From an uncultured Gemmatimonadales bacterium (lineage in GTDB: Bacteria; Gemmatimonadota; Gemmatimonadetes; Gemmatimonadales; GWC2-71-9): DNA of 64,000 nt. This document shows positions 42,494 through 52,044 of the stretch, piece by piece (within the stretch, counting starts at the first letter, position 1; the number at the start of each line of letters is the position of its first letter). The notes beneath the pieces were generated by a model. That model was not told the origin of the DNA, did not search any database, and worked only from the letters and a program-made list of their open reading frames with translations. The stretch covers positions 534,626-598,625 of the forward strand of contig CAVSLV010000004.1 in the NCBI GenBank assembly GCA_963728915.1. The letters are read 5' to 3'. Position numbers and translations under genes: made by a program.

Positions 42494-42561
42494 ATCGGTC
42501 CAAGTATGGAAACACGAGGGGTGGGAGAGCGAGCTCCCCCACCCTCGGTGTTCACCGTGCC

Positions 42562-44229
42562 CTAGTTCCTGGCGTAGTAACTCCACCCCTCCCACCACTT
42601 GGGACCATTGGGATCCGCTGCCCCACGATAGGTGGTTGGGGTGATGAAGCTCCCCGCCCGACCCAGCAGGTCGCCGGTGAAGGTCGTGAGTCCGCCGGTA
42701 CGGGCCGGCGAGCTGGCCGAGAGCGACCAGTCGAAATCGGCCACGGAATTCGGCGCCCCGGTCGGGAATTTGGTGAAGATGGACGCTGCGGTGCTGGTCG
42801 CATCGAAGATCACCGCGTTCCCCGCCGCGTCGTAGGTCTGCTGCCCCGCCTGGAACGCCACCGGGCTCTCCACGATCAACACGTTCTTGATGCTGAGGAG
42901 GCCGGCGGTCTCACGAGCTTTCGAATCGGCATCGCGATAACCGATGGCCGCGCTGGCCCACCGGGCGAAGATGCCGTTGATGTAGTGGCCGCCGGTTCCC
43001 CGCCGCAGAACGGCGCCGTACGCGCCCCCGGTTGGGAACACCCCAGTGCCCGGGCCGACCACCGTGAAGTTGGCGATGATCGGGATGGTGAAGGGGGTCG
43101 AGTTGAAGGCCAGGTCGCAGCCGCTCCCGTTGCAGCCGTCGTTCTCGATTCCCTCGGGATCCTGCGAGGTGAATCCGGCGTTCGGCCGCGGAATGATGAG
43201 CCGGGAATCGTACACCACACCGTACTGGAGCCGTCCGACATACCCCTCGGCCATGTCGAATCCATCATCCCCCGAGTCGTAGCAGAGCAGGTGTTTGGCA
43301 TCCATGGCCCCACCCCACCACTCGAAGCAATCGTCCAGGCCGGCCAGGGATTCCACATAGTCGACCGTGGTGCCGCTGCCGATCGCCGCGAACGTGAAGC
43401 TGTTGAACTCGGCGTCCTGGACCGTGGCGAATCCGCCGAATTCGATGCGGACGTACTTCAGAATGCCGCTGTTGTCGGCGTTGTTGTTCCCGCCGTTGTA
43501 CTGGATCAGCGGGTTGTCATTCGAAGTACCGGTGCCTTCGACGTTCACGGTCCCGGAGCGATTGTCGATCCCGTTGCCGACGAAGATCACCCCACCCCAG
43601 TCACCCGACTGCCGGGTGCCCACCGCCTGTTGCGAGGTAAAGACGATCGGATGTTCGGCGTCACCGACGGCCACGAGCTTCGCCCCCCGAAGGATGAACA
43701 AGGAGGATCCCAGGGTGTTGTAGTCCCCGATGATCTTGGTTCCGGCCTCGATGTTCAGGGTGGCCCCCGAGGCGACCTTGCGGAACCCGACCAGGCGGTA
43801 GACGTGGTCCGCGGTCCACGTGGTATTGGTGGTAATGTCGGTCGTGATCGCGACCTCCGTGACCCCCGTGGTGGTCACGCTGGCCTCGGTTGAGAACGGG
43901 GAATCTCCCGCGCTGCGGACGGCGCCCAGCCGATAGCGATACGTTGTTTGCGGGTTGAGGCCGGTGTCATCATAGGATGTGGCGGAGGCCGCCGGCCGGG
44001 CGATTTCCGCGAAACTCCCGCTCGCGCCCTCCGCCCGCTGGAGGATGAGCTCGGTCGCGCCGGTCACCGCGTCCCACGTCACATGCACCGAGACCTCGCC
44101 GGTAACCGCTACCGCCAGTCCGGTGGGGGGATCGTTGGTGGGCTCCGTCGAGTCCGAGCTGCAGGCCGCCGCCGCCGCCGCCAGCCCGGCGATCACCACG
44201 AGAGAGTGCATCCGGGAAATTCGGAACAT
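42562..44229 (-). CDS. Surface lipoprotein with an N-terminal fibronectin-III domain and a beta-helix-like body; partner of the adjacent TonB-dependent receptor
   Basis: 555-aa ORF. Lipobox AAAAAC. The FN3-like segment has VSVHVTWDAV and TTYRYRLGAV. A conserved-looking body has PIVFTS, GDWGGVIFVG, LKYVRIEFGG and DDCFEWWGG. Confidence 0.75.
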   Translation of the reverse strand: MFRISRMHSLVVIAGLAAAAAACSSDSTEPTNDPPTGLAVAVTGEVSVHVTWDAVTGATELILQRAEGASGSFAEIARPAASATSYDDTGLNPQTTYRYRLGAVRSAGDSPFSTEASVTTTGVTEVAITTDITTNTTWTADHVYRLVGFRKVASGATLNIEAGTKIIGDYNTLGSSLFILRGAKLVAVGDAEHPIVFTSQQAVGTRQSGDWGGVIFVGNGIDNRSGTVNVEGTGTSNDNPLIQYNGGNNNADNSGILKYVRIEFGGFATVQDAEFNSFTFAAIGSGTTVDYVESLAGLDDCFEWWGGAMDAKHLLCYDSGDDGFDMAEGYVGRLQYGVVYDSRLIIPRPNAGFTSQDPEGIENDGCNGSGCDLAFNSTPFTIPIIANFTVVGPGTGVFPTGGAYGAVLRRGTGGHYINGIFARWASAAIGYRDADSKARETAGLLSIKNVLIVESPVAFQAGQQTYDAAGNAVIFDATSTAASIFTKFPTGAPNSVADFDWSLSASSPARTGGLTTFTGDLLGRAGSFITPTTYRGAADPNGPKWWEGWSYYARN

Positions 44230-44257
44230 CGTTCGAGGACTCCGTGCTAGGGGAGAA

Positions 44258-44315
44258 GACCAAAATCACGACGCCGACAAACCGGCCCAAATGAAGGGCC
44301 GATCTGTCGGCGTCG
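44258..44315 (-). terminator. Strong stem-loop with downstream U-tract between the TonB receptor and the lipoprotein gene (intrinsic terminator or attenuator)
   Basis: The minus-strand RNA is CGACGCCGACA GAUC GGCCC UUCAUUU GGGCC GGUU UGUCGGCGUCG, then UGAUUUUGGUCUUCU. The outer stem is a perfect 11 bp (44269-44279 with 44305-44315) and the inner stem is 5 bp. Confidence 0.6.
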
Positions 44316-44355
44316 CGTTACAGTAAGGTCACAGCCGGGTAACAGAGCGATCGTG

Positions 44356-47109
44356 CTACTGTTGCCAGCTGAACCCGATCGAAAATACCCGGCCGCTCAG
44401 GTAGCCCTCTCGGACCGCCGGTCCCTGGGTCTGCAGGTAGCGGGCGTTCAGCAGATTCTTCCCGTCCAGTCGCGCCCCCAGCGTGGCGAAGAGCGGGAAG
44501 GTGACCGACGCATCGAGCATGTTCCTGGGCTTTTCCACGATATCGGGGAGCGGTATTTCGCCCGCTTCGGTGATGCGCTCGCCCACCCGGTTGAAAAGCA
44601 CCGTCGCCGAGGCATCGGCGTTCGGATGCTTCCAGGTGATCCCGCCATTGAGGACGTACGGAGCCTGGCCCACCATCTTGCGCTCTGCATTGGTCACCGA
44701 ACCCTCGGTCGGGTCGATGTCGATCCGGGAGTGCATGAAGGTGGCGTTGGCGAAGACGGAGAAGGTGATCAGGTTCTCCGCGAGGAAATCGAGCGACCGC
44801 CGGGCCTCGAGCTCGACCCCGTAGTTCCTGGCGCCCTTGGCGTTGATGTAGGTGATGATCCGCTCGCCGGAGGTCCCGTCATAGATCCGCTCGATCGGCT
44901 GATGGAACCACTTGGCGAACAGCGCAACACTGAATACCTCACCGCTCCGGGGGTACCACTCGGCCCGGAGGTCCAGGTTCCGGATCAGGGCCCGCTTGAG
45001 GTTCGCGTTGCCCTTCACGTTGTCGCCGTTGATCACTTCCCGGAACAGGATCGGAGAAAGCTCTCGATATTCCGGACGGGAGAGCGTCTGGGTCCCGGAG
45101 AGCCGGAGATTGATGTTCTGGCCGGCTTTGAAGTTGAAAGCGAGGGATGGCAGCACGTCGGTGTAGACCGGCTGAGCCAGGGATCCCTCTCCCGCGCTCG
45201 AGAGCGAGCTCACTTCGACCGCGGAATGCTCCACCCGGGCTCCCCCGACGACCTCCAGCGATGGGCTCAGCTCGTAGGTGAACATCCCGTACCCCGCCGC
45301 GAGATTCTCCCTGGCCGTGTACGAACCCCCCGCGCCCAGGAGGATGACGTGCAGGTTCGGGTCGGATCCCTCGGTCAGGCGTCCGTCGAACAGGGTCTCC
45401 GGATCCAGGCTCTGTTCCTCCGGACTGATCGCGCGGATCAGCGAGATCGAGTACCCCCGATTGGTGGCGTCCCGGGAGCCGTGCCGGTAGAGTCCACCGA
45501 AATGCAGGAATCGGTTTCCGGAATTACCCAGCCGGGCCCGCCAGTTCGCGCTGGCCTCGATGGCGTGCTCGGTGAGCTGTCCAAAGGTCCGGACCGCCGC
45601 CTGGTTGGCGAAACCGTACCAGCTCGGCGTCCCGGTGGAGTTCTCGTAGACGATCTCGGAGCGGTCCGGCTCGCGACGGGCAACCCCTGACAGGGTCACC
45701 GCGAGGTCGAGGAAATGCTGCCGGGAGATCTCCTGATTCAGGGACAGTTGGCTCGAATACACATTCCGTTCGACGTACCGCAGCCGCTGGATATTGAGCG
45801 GGAGGGCGAGATTCTCGGAGTAGCCGGTCTCCAGGCGCCCTTCGTTGTCCATGGTGCGATTGTACGTCGTGTTCAGGCTGATCTTGGTTCGGTCCCCCAG
45901 CGTGGTGCTCAGGTTCCCGATTCCGCCCCAGAGCACGCTGATTCGACCGGTGGTCCCGTCATACCGATCGATTTCAGTGACCGGTCCCCCTTCCGTCGAC
46001 GGCGGCTTCGCGAATGCCCGCTGTTCCTCGGCCCGTACTTCCTGGGTATAGGAGTAACTGCCGGAGAGGAGGTAGCTGATCCCGTTTCCACCGGTGGGCA
46101 GGGTTCCTCCCAGCGAGAGTCCCCCGCTCCCGCTGGGAGAACCCTTACGCACCTTGGCGTCCCAGACATCCCGGAACGAGCCGATGAGGCTGTTGGCCTC
46201 GGCCTGGGGCAGATTCTGCGACAGATCGACACCCTCGAACGTGCTGGGACGGGCTCGCGCTGCCGCCCCCAGGGCGATCCAGTCCCGGCCGGTCCCGGGA
46301 GCATAGGCGATCGCCTTTCCGGTCACCTCGGTGTTGAATCCGGTCGAAACCGAAAGGGCCATGAATTTGCGCCCGGTGAAATCCCTGGTCTCGATGTTGA
46401 CCGCCCCGCCCGAGAAATCCCCCGACTGATCCGGGGTGAAGGTCTTCGAGGTCGTGATTTCACTGAGCAGCGCCGAGGGGAACAAATCGAGCGGAACGAC
46501 TTTGCGTTCCGGCTCGGGCGAGGGGATCCGCGCTCCGTTCAGCGACGCCTGGGTGTACCGATCGCCCAGGCCGCGCATGTTGAGGTACTTCCCGTCCTGA
46601 ATGGTCGCGCCGCTCATCCGCTGGAGCGCGGTCGCCGCATCGGGATCCGGCGAGCGCTTGATCTGCTCTGCCGAGATCGAATTGACGATCGCGAAGGCCT
46701 GCCGTTGCGTAGCCAACGCCGCATTGACCGAGCCTTGCTCGACCTCCGCCTTGACCACCACCTCCTCGAGGACCGTGGCCTGCGGCGCCAGCGTCACATC
46801 CTGGGTGACCACGCCGCCGGAGGGAACCTGGACACCGGTGATCGTCTTGGGGGCGTAGCCGATCATGGCGACCCGGAGCGTGATCGGGCCCGACGGAACG
46901 TCGGCCAGCACGAAAAGCCCGTCCACCCGGGTAGTCGCGCCGAGCGCGGTCCCCGCGACCACCACCCGGGCCCCGCTCAGAGGCATCCCGGTCTCGGTCT
47001 CGATCACCCTCCCGACGATTCGGCCAGTACTGGGACCACCCTGAGCCGCTCCGACCACCGGGATCAGGAGCAGCCCAGCGACAATCACCAAGCGGCGAAA
47101 TCCTGCCAT
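44356..47109 (-). CDS. TonB-dependent outer-membrane receptor with N-terminal CarboxypepD_reg domain
   Basis: ATG 47109 gives the signal peptide MAGFRRLVIVAGLLLIPVVGAAQG. The CarboxypepD_reg-like segment is GRIVGRVIETETGMPLSGARVVVAG. A plug region (RMSGATIQDGKYLNMRGLG) and a long beta-barrel follow. Confidence 0.9.
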   Translation of the reverse strand: MAGFRRLVIVAGLLLIPVVGAAQGGPSTGRIVGRVIETETGMPLSGARVVVAGTALGATTRVDGLFVLADVPSGPITLRVAMIGYAPKTITGVQVPSGGVVTQDVTLAPQATVLEEVVVKAEVEQGSVNAALATQRQAFAIVNSISAEQIKRSPDPDAATALQRMSGATIQDGKYLNMRGLGDRYTQASLNGARIPSPEPERKVVPLDLFPSALLSEITTSKTFTPDQSGDFSGGAVNIETRDFTGRKFMALSVSTGFNTEVTGKAIAYAPGTGRDWIALGAAARARPSTFEGVDLSQNLPQAEANSLIGSFRDVWDAKVRKGSPSGSGGLSLGGTLPTGGNGISYLLSGSYSYTQEVRAEEQRAFAKPPSTEGGPVTEIDRYDGTTGRISVLWGGIGNLSTTLGDRTKISLNTTYNRTMDNEGRLETGYSENLALPLNIQRLRYVERNVYSSQLSLNQEISRQHFLDLAVTLSGVARREPDRSEIVYENSTGTPSWYGFANQAAVRTFGQLTEHAIEASANWRARLGNSGNRFLHFGGLYRHGSRDATNRGYSISLIRAISPEEQSLDPETLFDGRLTEGSDPNLHVILLGAGGSYTARENLAAGYGMFTYELSPSLEVVGGARVEHSAVEVSSLSSAGEGSLAQPVYTDVLPSLAFNFKAGQNINLRLSGTQTLSRPEYRELSPILFREVINGDNVKGNANLKRALIRNLDLRAEWYPRSGEVFSVALFAKWFHQPIERIYDGTSGERIITYINAKGARNYGVELEARRSLDFLAENLITFSVFANATFMHSRIDIDPTEGSVTNAERKMVGQAPYVLNGGITWKHPNADASATVLFNRVGERITEAGEIPLPDIVEKPRNMLDASVTFPLFATLGARLDGKNLLNARYLQTQGPAVREGYLSGRVFSIGFSWQQ

Positions 47110-47264
47110 CGTTTTTCTCCGTCGAAGTGAGAATCGAGCGATCCACAGCGCCACTGCGGATTGACCCAGGAAATTGGCCGGAAGCTTGGGTGGGAGCGGT
47201 AACGAAACGGCGAGAGTTATGTAACGTCGGTGTCACGAACCGGAGGCGGGAACCGGAAGGAACG

Positions 47265-48530
47265 TCAGGCCATCAGCTTCGCCAGAACATACAGGAAGAG
47301 CCCCACCAGTCCTCCCACCAGGGTGCCGTTGATCCGGACGAATTGAAGGTCCCGGCCCACCGCGAGCTCCATTCGGCGGGAGGTCGCCTCGGGGTCCCAG
47401 CGAGCCACCGTCCGGGCAATGAGATCCGCCGCTTCGTGCCGGTGCCGCTCCAGCGCCTCGGCCACGGCGCCGATCAGGAACTCCTCCAGCTCGGCGAGAC
47501 GCTGGCGGTCCTCGAGGATCGACTCGGCGAAGGCGGCGAGTCCCCGCGCCAGCGGCCGGGGGCCCGCCTCGTCGCTCCGGGTGGCATAACCCGCAACCGC
47601 CTTGCGGGTGGCGTCCCAGACCCAGGCGCTCAGGTCGGCCACGGTTTCGTCCGACAGCCATTCGGCTTTGAGCGCCTCGGCCCGGGCCCCGGTCTCGGGA
47701 GAGTGCTCCAGCCGGTCCACGAAATCCCGGATCGCCTGATCGAACCGGGCCCGGACCGGGTGGGTCGGGTTTTCGGTGATGTCCCGGAGCAGGGTCTCGA
47801 TCGCCACCACGATCCGCTGGTAGATCTTCTCATCCACCGGACCGGGGATCCACCACGGGCTCGACGCCTTGACCTTCTGCCGGATGAGCTCGCGGTTCTC
47901 GCCCACCGCCTGGGCCGCGAACCCGAGCGCCTGGTTGAGCAGCTCCTGGTGCCGATCGCCCGCCACCACCAGGGACAGGGTCTTGCCCAGGACCGGAGCG
48001 ACCCGCACCGCGCGGAGACGGTCGGTGGCCCCCTGCTGAATCAGCTCCCGCATCTTCTCGTCGGGCAGCGCCTCGAGCGCGCGGGCCAGCCCGCTCGCCA
48101 CCTGGGCGGCGATCTGCTCCCCATGGACCGGATCGGCCAGCCAGCTCATCACCCGCTCGGCGATGCCCATTTCGCGAAGCTTCGCGGCGATGGCCTCCCG
48201 GGACAGGAAATACTGCTGGACGAAATTCCCCATGATGCGGCCGATCCGGTCCTTCTGCCGTCCGATGATGGCGGTGTGGGGAATCGGGATGCCGAGGGGA
48301 TGGCGGAAGATCGCGGTCACCGCGAACCAGTCGGCCAGCCCGCCCACCACCGAGGCCTCCGCGGTCGCCCGCACGTAGCCGAGCCAGGGATAGCGCGGCT
48401 CGAAGATCCGGGCCAGCACCAGGATGACCCCCGCGACGGCGAGCATCGCCGCCGCGATCCGCTTCATCCGGTCGAGGGGGGCCTGCCGCTCGGCCTGGTC
48501 CGCCCGGGGAAGAAAGGGGTTCCCGCTCAT
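47265..48530 (-). CDS. DUF445-family membrane protein
   Basis: ATG 48530 overlaps the upstream stop (ATGA). The block DWFAVTAIFRHPLGIPIPHTAIIGRQKDRIG is recalled from DUF445. There is a C-terminal TM segment. Confidence 0.75.
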   Translation of the reverse strand: MSGNPFLPRADQAERQAPLDRMKRIAAAMLAVAGVILVLARIFEPRYPWLGYVRATAEASVVGGLADWFAVTAIFRHPLGIPIPHTAIIGRQKDRIGRIMGNFVQQYFLSREAIAAKLREMGIAERVMSWLADPVHGEQIAAQVASGLARALEALPDEKMRELIQQGATDRLRAVRVAPVLGKTLSLVVAGDRHQELLNQALGFAAQAVGENRELIRQKVKASSPWWIPGPVDEKIYQRIVVAIETLLRDITENPTHPVRARFDQAIRDFVDRLEHSPETGARAEALKAEWLSDETVADLSAWVWDATRKAVAGYATRSDEAGPRPLARGLAAFAESILEDRQRLAELEEFLIGAVAEALERHRHEAADLIARTVARWDPEATSRRMELAVGRDLQFVRINGTLVGGLVGLFLYVLAKLMA

Positions 48531-49654
48531 TCCACCGTCTTGTGGAACCGCTGGACACTCAGCGTGATCAGCACCACCGAGAAGCCGACCAGCGTGAGGG
48601 CCTCCTTCCAGAAGGCCTCGAACCCGGTTCCCCGGAGCAGCACGCCCCGCAACACTCGAAGGAAATAGGTGAGGGGAAGCGCCGCCCCGATCCACTGGGC
48701 CAGCTTGGGCATCGCTTCGCGGGGAAACATGAAGCCGGAGAGCAGAATGTTCGGCATGATGAAGAAGAACCCGAGCTGCATCGCCTGGGCTTGGGTGCTC
48801 ACCAGCGTCGAGATGAAGAGCCCCACCGCCAGGCTCGCCACGATGAACGGGAAGGTGACCAGGTAGAGATCCAGCAGGTTGCCCCGTACCGGCACGTTGA
48901 ACAGCAACTTGCCGAGCAGCAGGATCACGGTGACCTGCACGAAGCCGACCAGCAGGAACGGGACGATCTTGCCGAGCATCAGACTGGTCTTGTTGATCGG
49001 GGTGACCACCAGCTGCTCCAGCGTGCCACGCTCCTTCTCGCGCACGATGGCGATCCCCGCGATCACGATCATGGTCATGGAGAGAAGCACGCCGATGATG
49101 CCCGGCACGATATAGGTCGAGCTGCGAAGCCCCGGGTTATACCAGGGCCGGACCCGCACTTCGATCGGAGGCGAGATCCCCCGCGCCGCGACGAGCTGCT
49201 GGGATCGCTGCGCCGCCGCGAGCCCGGCGCCGCTGATGGCCGCCGAGGAGGCCAGCGGGTCCGCGGCGTCCACCACGACCTGCGCCGTCGCGGTGCGGCC
49301 TCGCTTGAGATCTTCCTGAAAGTCGGGGGGGATGACGATTCCGGCGCGGGCCTTGCCCCGCCCGATCACCGCCGCCAGCTCTTCCCGGTCCGCCACCGTG
49401 CCTACCAGGTCGAAGTTGCCGGTGTTGATCATCGTCTGCACCAGACGCCGGCTCTCGGGAGACTGCGACTCGTCCAGCACCACGGTCGGGAGATGCCGCA
49501 CCTCGGTCTGGATCGCATACCCGAAGAGCACCAGCTGGAGCGCCGGGATCCCCATCATCATCGCCAGGGTGAGCCGGTCCCGGCGCATCTGAATGAATTC
49601 CTTGCGGAGCATCGGCCAGATGGGCCACCGCGCGATCCCCGCGAGGCGCTTCAT
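48527..49654 (-). CDS. ABC-2 type exporter permease
   Basis: 375-aa ORF. It has an N-terminal TM segment, a large loop and five C-terminal TM segments (YIVPGIIGVLLSMTMIVIAGIAIVREKERGTLEQL). Confidence 0.88.
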   Translation of the reverse strand: MKRLAGIARWPIWPMLRKEFIQMRRDRLTLAMMMGIPALQLVLFGYAIQTEVRHLPTVVLDESQSPESRRLVQTMINTGNFDLVGTVADREELAAVIGRGKARAGIVIPPDFQEDLKRGRTATAQVVVDAADPLASSAAISGAGLAAAQRSQQLVAARGISPPIEVRVRPWYNPGLRSSTYIVPGIIGVLLSMTMIVIAGIAIVREKERGTLEQLVVTPINKTSLMLGKIVPFLLVGFVQVTVILLLGKLLFNVPVRGNLLDLYLVTFPFIVASLAVGLFISTLVSTQAQAMQLGFFFIMPNILLSGFMFPREAMPKLAQWIGAALPLTYFLRVLRGVLLRGTGFEAFWKEALTLVGFSVVLITLSVQRFHKTVE

Positions 49655-50415
49655 GCGGCCACTTCTCCTTCATCCCGCCGCTGGAGCTCGATGAAGACGT
49701 CCTCGACCGTGGGCTGGCCGAACCGCGCAGTGACTTCTTTCGGGGTGCCCAGGCCGATCAGATGGCCGCGGGAGAGGAACGCCAGCCGGTGGCACAGCTC
49801 GGCTTCATCCATATAGTGGGTGGTCACCAGGACGGTCATGCCCGCGGCGGCGTTCCGGGCGATCTCCTCCCAGAAGCGCCGGCGGGCCAGGGGATCCACC
49901 CCCGCGGTCGGCTCGTCGAGGAACACCAGCTCCGGTTGATGGGTCGTGGCGCACGCCAGGGCGAGCCGCTGCTTCCACCCGCCGGAAAGCGTTCCCGCCA
50001 GCTGGCGCCGCCGGTCCGCCAGCCCGATGTGCTCGAGCTGCTCGGTAACCCGCTGACGGCGCTCCGCTCCGGCGATCCCATACAGCCCGGCGTAGAAGCC
50101 GAGGTTCTCCTGGACCGTGAGGTCCTCGTAGAGCCCGAAGCGCTGGGACATGTATCCGATCCGCCGCCGCACCGCCTCGGGAGACTTCACCACGTCGATG
50201 CCGACCACCTCGGCCGATCCGGCGCTGGGAGGCAGAAGCCCGGTCAGCATCCGGATCGTGGTGGTCTTGCCGCTCCCGTTGGGACCCAGCAGCCCGAAGA
50301 TTTCGCCCCGGTGCACCTCCAGGTCGAGTCCTTCCACCGCGACCAACTGGCCGAACGTTTTCCGTAACCCGCGAGTCCGGATCGCGGTGCCGTTGGGACC
50401 TTCGTTATTGGCCAT
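49651..50415 (-). CDS. ABC transporter ATP-binding protein
   Basis: Walker A GPNGSGKTTT, signature LSGGWKQRL, Walker B VFLDEPTAGVDP. Confidence 0.92.
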   Translation of the reverse strand: MANNEGPNGTAIRTRGLRKTFGQLVAVEGLDLEVHRGEIFGLLGPNGSGKTTTIRMLTGLLPPSAGSAEVVGIDVVKSPEAVRRRIGYMSQRFGLYEDLTVQENLGFYAGLYGIAGAERRQRVTEQLEHIGLADRRRQLAGTLSGGWKQRLALACATTHQPELVFLDEPTAGVDPLARRRFWEEIARNAAAGMTVLVTTHYMDEAELCHRLAFLSRGHLIGLGTPKEVTARFGQPTVEDVFIELQRRDEGEVAA

Positions 50416-51394
50416 GGGGTTCCCCCCTCGGGATCCTGACGCTCACCCAGAGCCCGGGATGGGGCGCCTCGGCCGGACGCACGAACTCCACTTTGACTCC
50501 GAACATCAGGTCGGCCCGCTCCTGCTCGGTGAGGGCGACCCGGGGCGTGAACTCCGCCTTGGGATTCACCGCCTCGATGCGACCGGCAATCGTCTGGTTC
50601 GGCCCGACCAGCACGTCGACCGGGGTGCCCACGATGAGCCCACTCACCAGCGATTGCGGAACGTAGACCCGGACGTAGGGGCGGACCGTCTCCCCGATCG
50701 TGAGCACCGGGACGTTGGGGCCGAGCGCCTCGCCGGGCTGGGCCTGGCGGCCCAGCACGATGCCATCGAACGGCGCCGTGAGCACGAGATCGGTGGCCTT
50801 GGCTTCGACCTGCTCCAGGGCGGCGCGCGCGGCTCCCACCTCGGTGCGGGCGGCCTCGATCCGCTCGGGCCGGGTCCCCGCGCGCGCCAGGGCCAGGGCC
50901 TCCCGCGCCTCGGTCACCTTCTGTGCGGCCACCCGCTCGGTCGCCACCGCGTCGTCGTATTGCTGCCGCGCGATGGCGTTGGTGGCGATCAGGGCCTGAG
51001 ACCGATCCAGGGCCTGATGCGCCCGAAGCTCCTCGGCTTCGGCCGACGCGAGTGCCGCCTCGGCCTGACGGATTTCCTGAGGGCGAGGGCCCGCTTCGAG
51101 GTCGCGGAGATTCGCTTCCGCCGTGGCCAGCCGGGACCGCTGAGCCGCCAGCGCGGCGGGAAGATCGGTCTGGGTGAGCCGGGCCAGGGTATCGCCCGCC
51201 TGTACCGCCATGCCCTCGTCCACCAGGACCGAGACCACCCGCGCAGGCTGCGGCGCGGAGAGGTCCGACTCGGGAACCTCGACCGTCCCGCGTGCCAGGT
51301 ACCAGCGGTCGTTGCCGGATCCGCAGCCGGTCGCGGGGAGCGTGGCCAGCAGGATTGCGGCGCCGAGGGTTCGTGGATGCATGAGCGGTCTCAA
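50405..51394 (-). CDS. HlyD-family membrane-fusion / secretion protein
   Basis: 329-aa ORF. It has a lipoprotein-like N-terminus LLATLPATGC, a long coiled-coil (AQRSRLATAEANLRDLEAG and following) and a beta-barrel C-terminus. Confidence 0.85.
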   Translation of the reverse strand: MRPLMHPRTLGAAILLATLPATGCGSGNDRWYLARGTVEVPESDLSAPQPARVVSVLVDEGMAVQAGDTLARLTQTDLPAALAAQRSRLATAEANLRDLEAGPRPQEIRQAEAALASAEAEELRAHQALDRSQALIATNAIARQQYDDAVATERVAAQKVTEAREALALARAGTRPERIEAARTEVGAARAALEQVEAKATDLVLTAPFDGIVLGRQAQPGEALGPNVPVLTIGETVRPYVRVYVPQSLVSGLIVGTPVDVLVGPNQTIAGRIEAVNPKAEFTPRVALTEQERADLMFGVKVEFVRPAEAPHPGLWVSVRIPRGEPHGQ

Positions 51395-52023
51395 CGGGAC
51401 AAGGCAGATACGGCGAAGTCGCCGGCGTGTTTCGCGAACGCGCGCGCGGTCTGTTCGGTCAGGCCACGGTCACCGAAGAAGATCCGGATCGCCGGCCGCG
51501 CCACGGTGAAATACATCGCCTGGGCGATGGTGCTCACCGCGGCGAAACGGGGCTCGACGTCCTTGCGGAACACCGCCTGGCGCTGTCCCCGCTTGATGAC
51601 GCGGCACAGCTGCTCGAACAAGCCGGCCGCGGTCTCGAGCAGCACCGAATGGGCCCGCCGGGCCTCGTGGTCCACCATCTCCCGGACCAGCAGCTTGGGC
51701 GCGTTGGGGTGACGGAGCAGGAACTCCACCTGGGCCCGCACCAGCCCGCGCAGGGCCTCGGCCGGCGCGGGCGCGGCCCGGAGCGCGGCGCCCCCCCGCG
51801 CGACCATCGCGGACACGACCCGCGCCAGCACCGCCTGATACAGGGCTTCCTTGTTGCCGAAGTAGTAGTAGATCAACGCGGGATTCTGGCTGGCGGCCGT
51901 GCCGATCTGCTTGACCGTGGTGGGCCCGAAGCCCTGGCGGGCGAACAGGGCTTCGGCGGCGTCGAGGATGAGCTGGCGGGTTTCCGGGTGGTTCGGCACG
52001 GGCTCAATTAAACGTTCAATCAA
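51391..52023 (-). CDS. TetR-family transcriptional regulator
   Basis: The N-terminal HTH is RQLILDAAEALFARQGFGPTTVKQIGTAASQNPALIYYYFGNKEALY. Confidence 0.88.
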   Translation of the reverse strand: MIERLIEPVPNHPETRQLILDAAEALFARQGFGPTTVKQIGTAASQNPALIYYYFGNKEALYQAVLARVVSAMVARGGAALRAAPAPAEALRGLVRAQVEFLLRHPNAPKLLVREMVDHEARRAHSVLLETAAGLFEQLCRVIKRGQRQAVFRKDVEPRFAAVSTIAQAMYFTVARPAIRIFFGDRGLTEQTARAFAKHAGDFAVSALSR

Positions 52024-52044
52024 ACCGGTGTCAAACCGGAAGGC

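Noticed and set aside
39929-42542. Long minus-strand ORFs 39929..41284 and 41142..42542 antisense to the HExxH lipoprotein and YceI genes
   Set aside because: There are no motifs and the composition is Arg/Pro/Gly dominated. The plus-strand genes have signal peptides and family motifs.
45715-49816. Plus-strand ORFs 45715..47130, 47127..48668 and 48542..49816 antisense to the TonB receptor, DUF445 and ABC-2 permease genes
   Set aside because: These are shadow ORFs. The minus-strand products have coherent TM or beta-barrel patterns and overlapping start-stop coupling.
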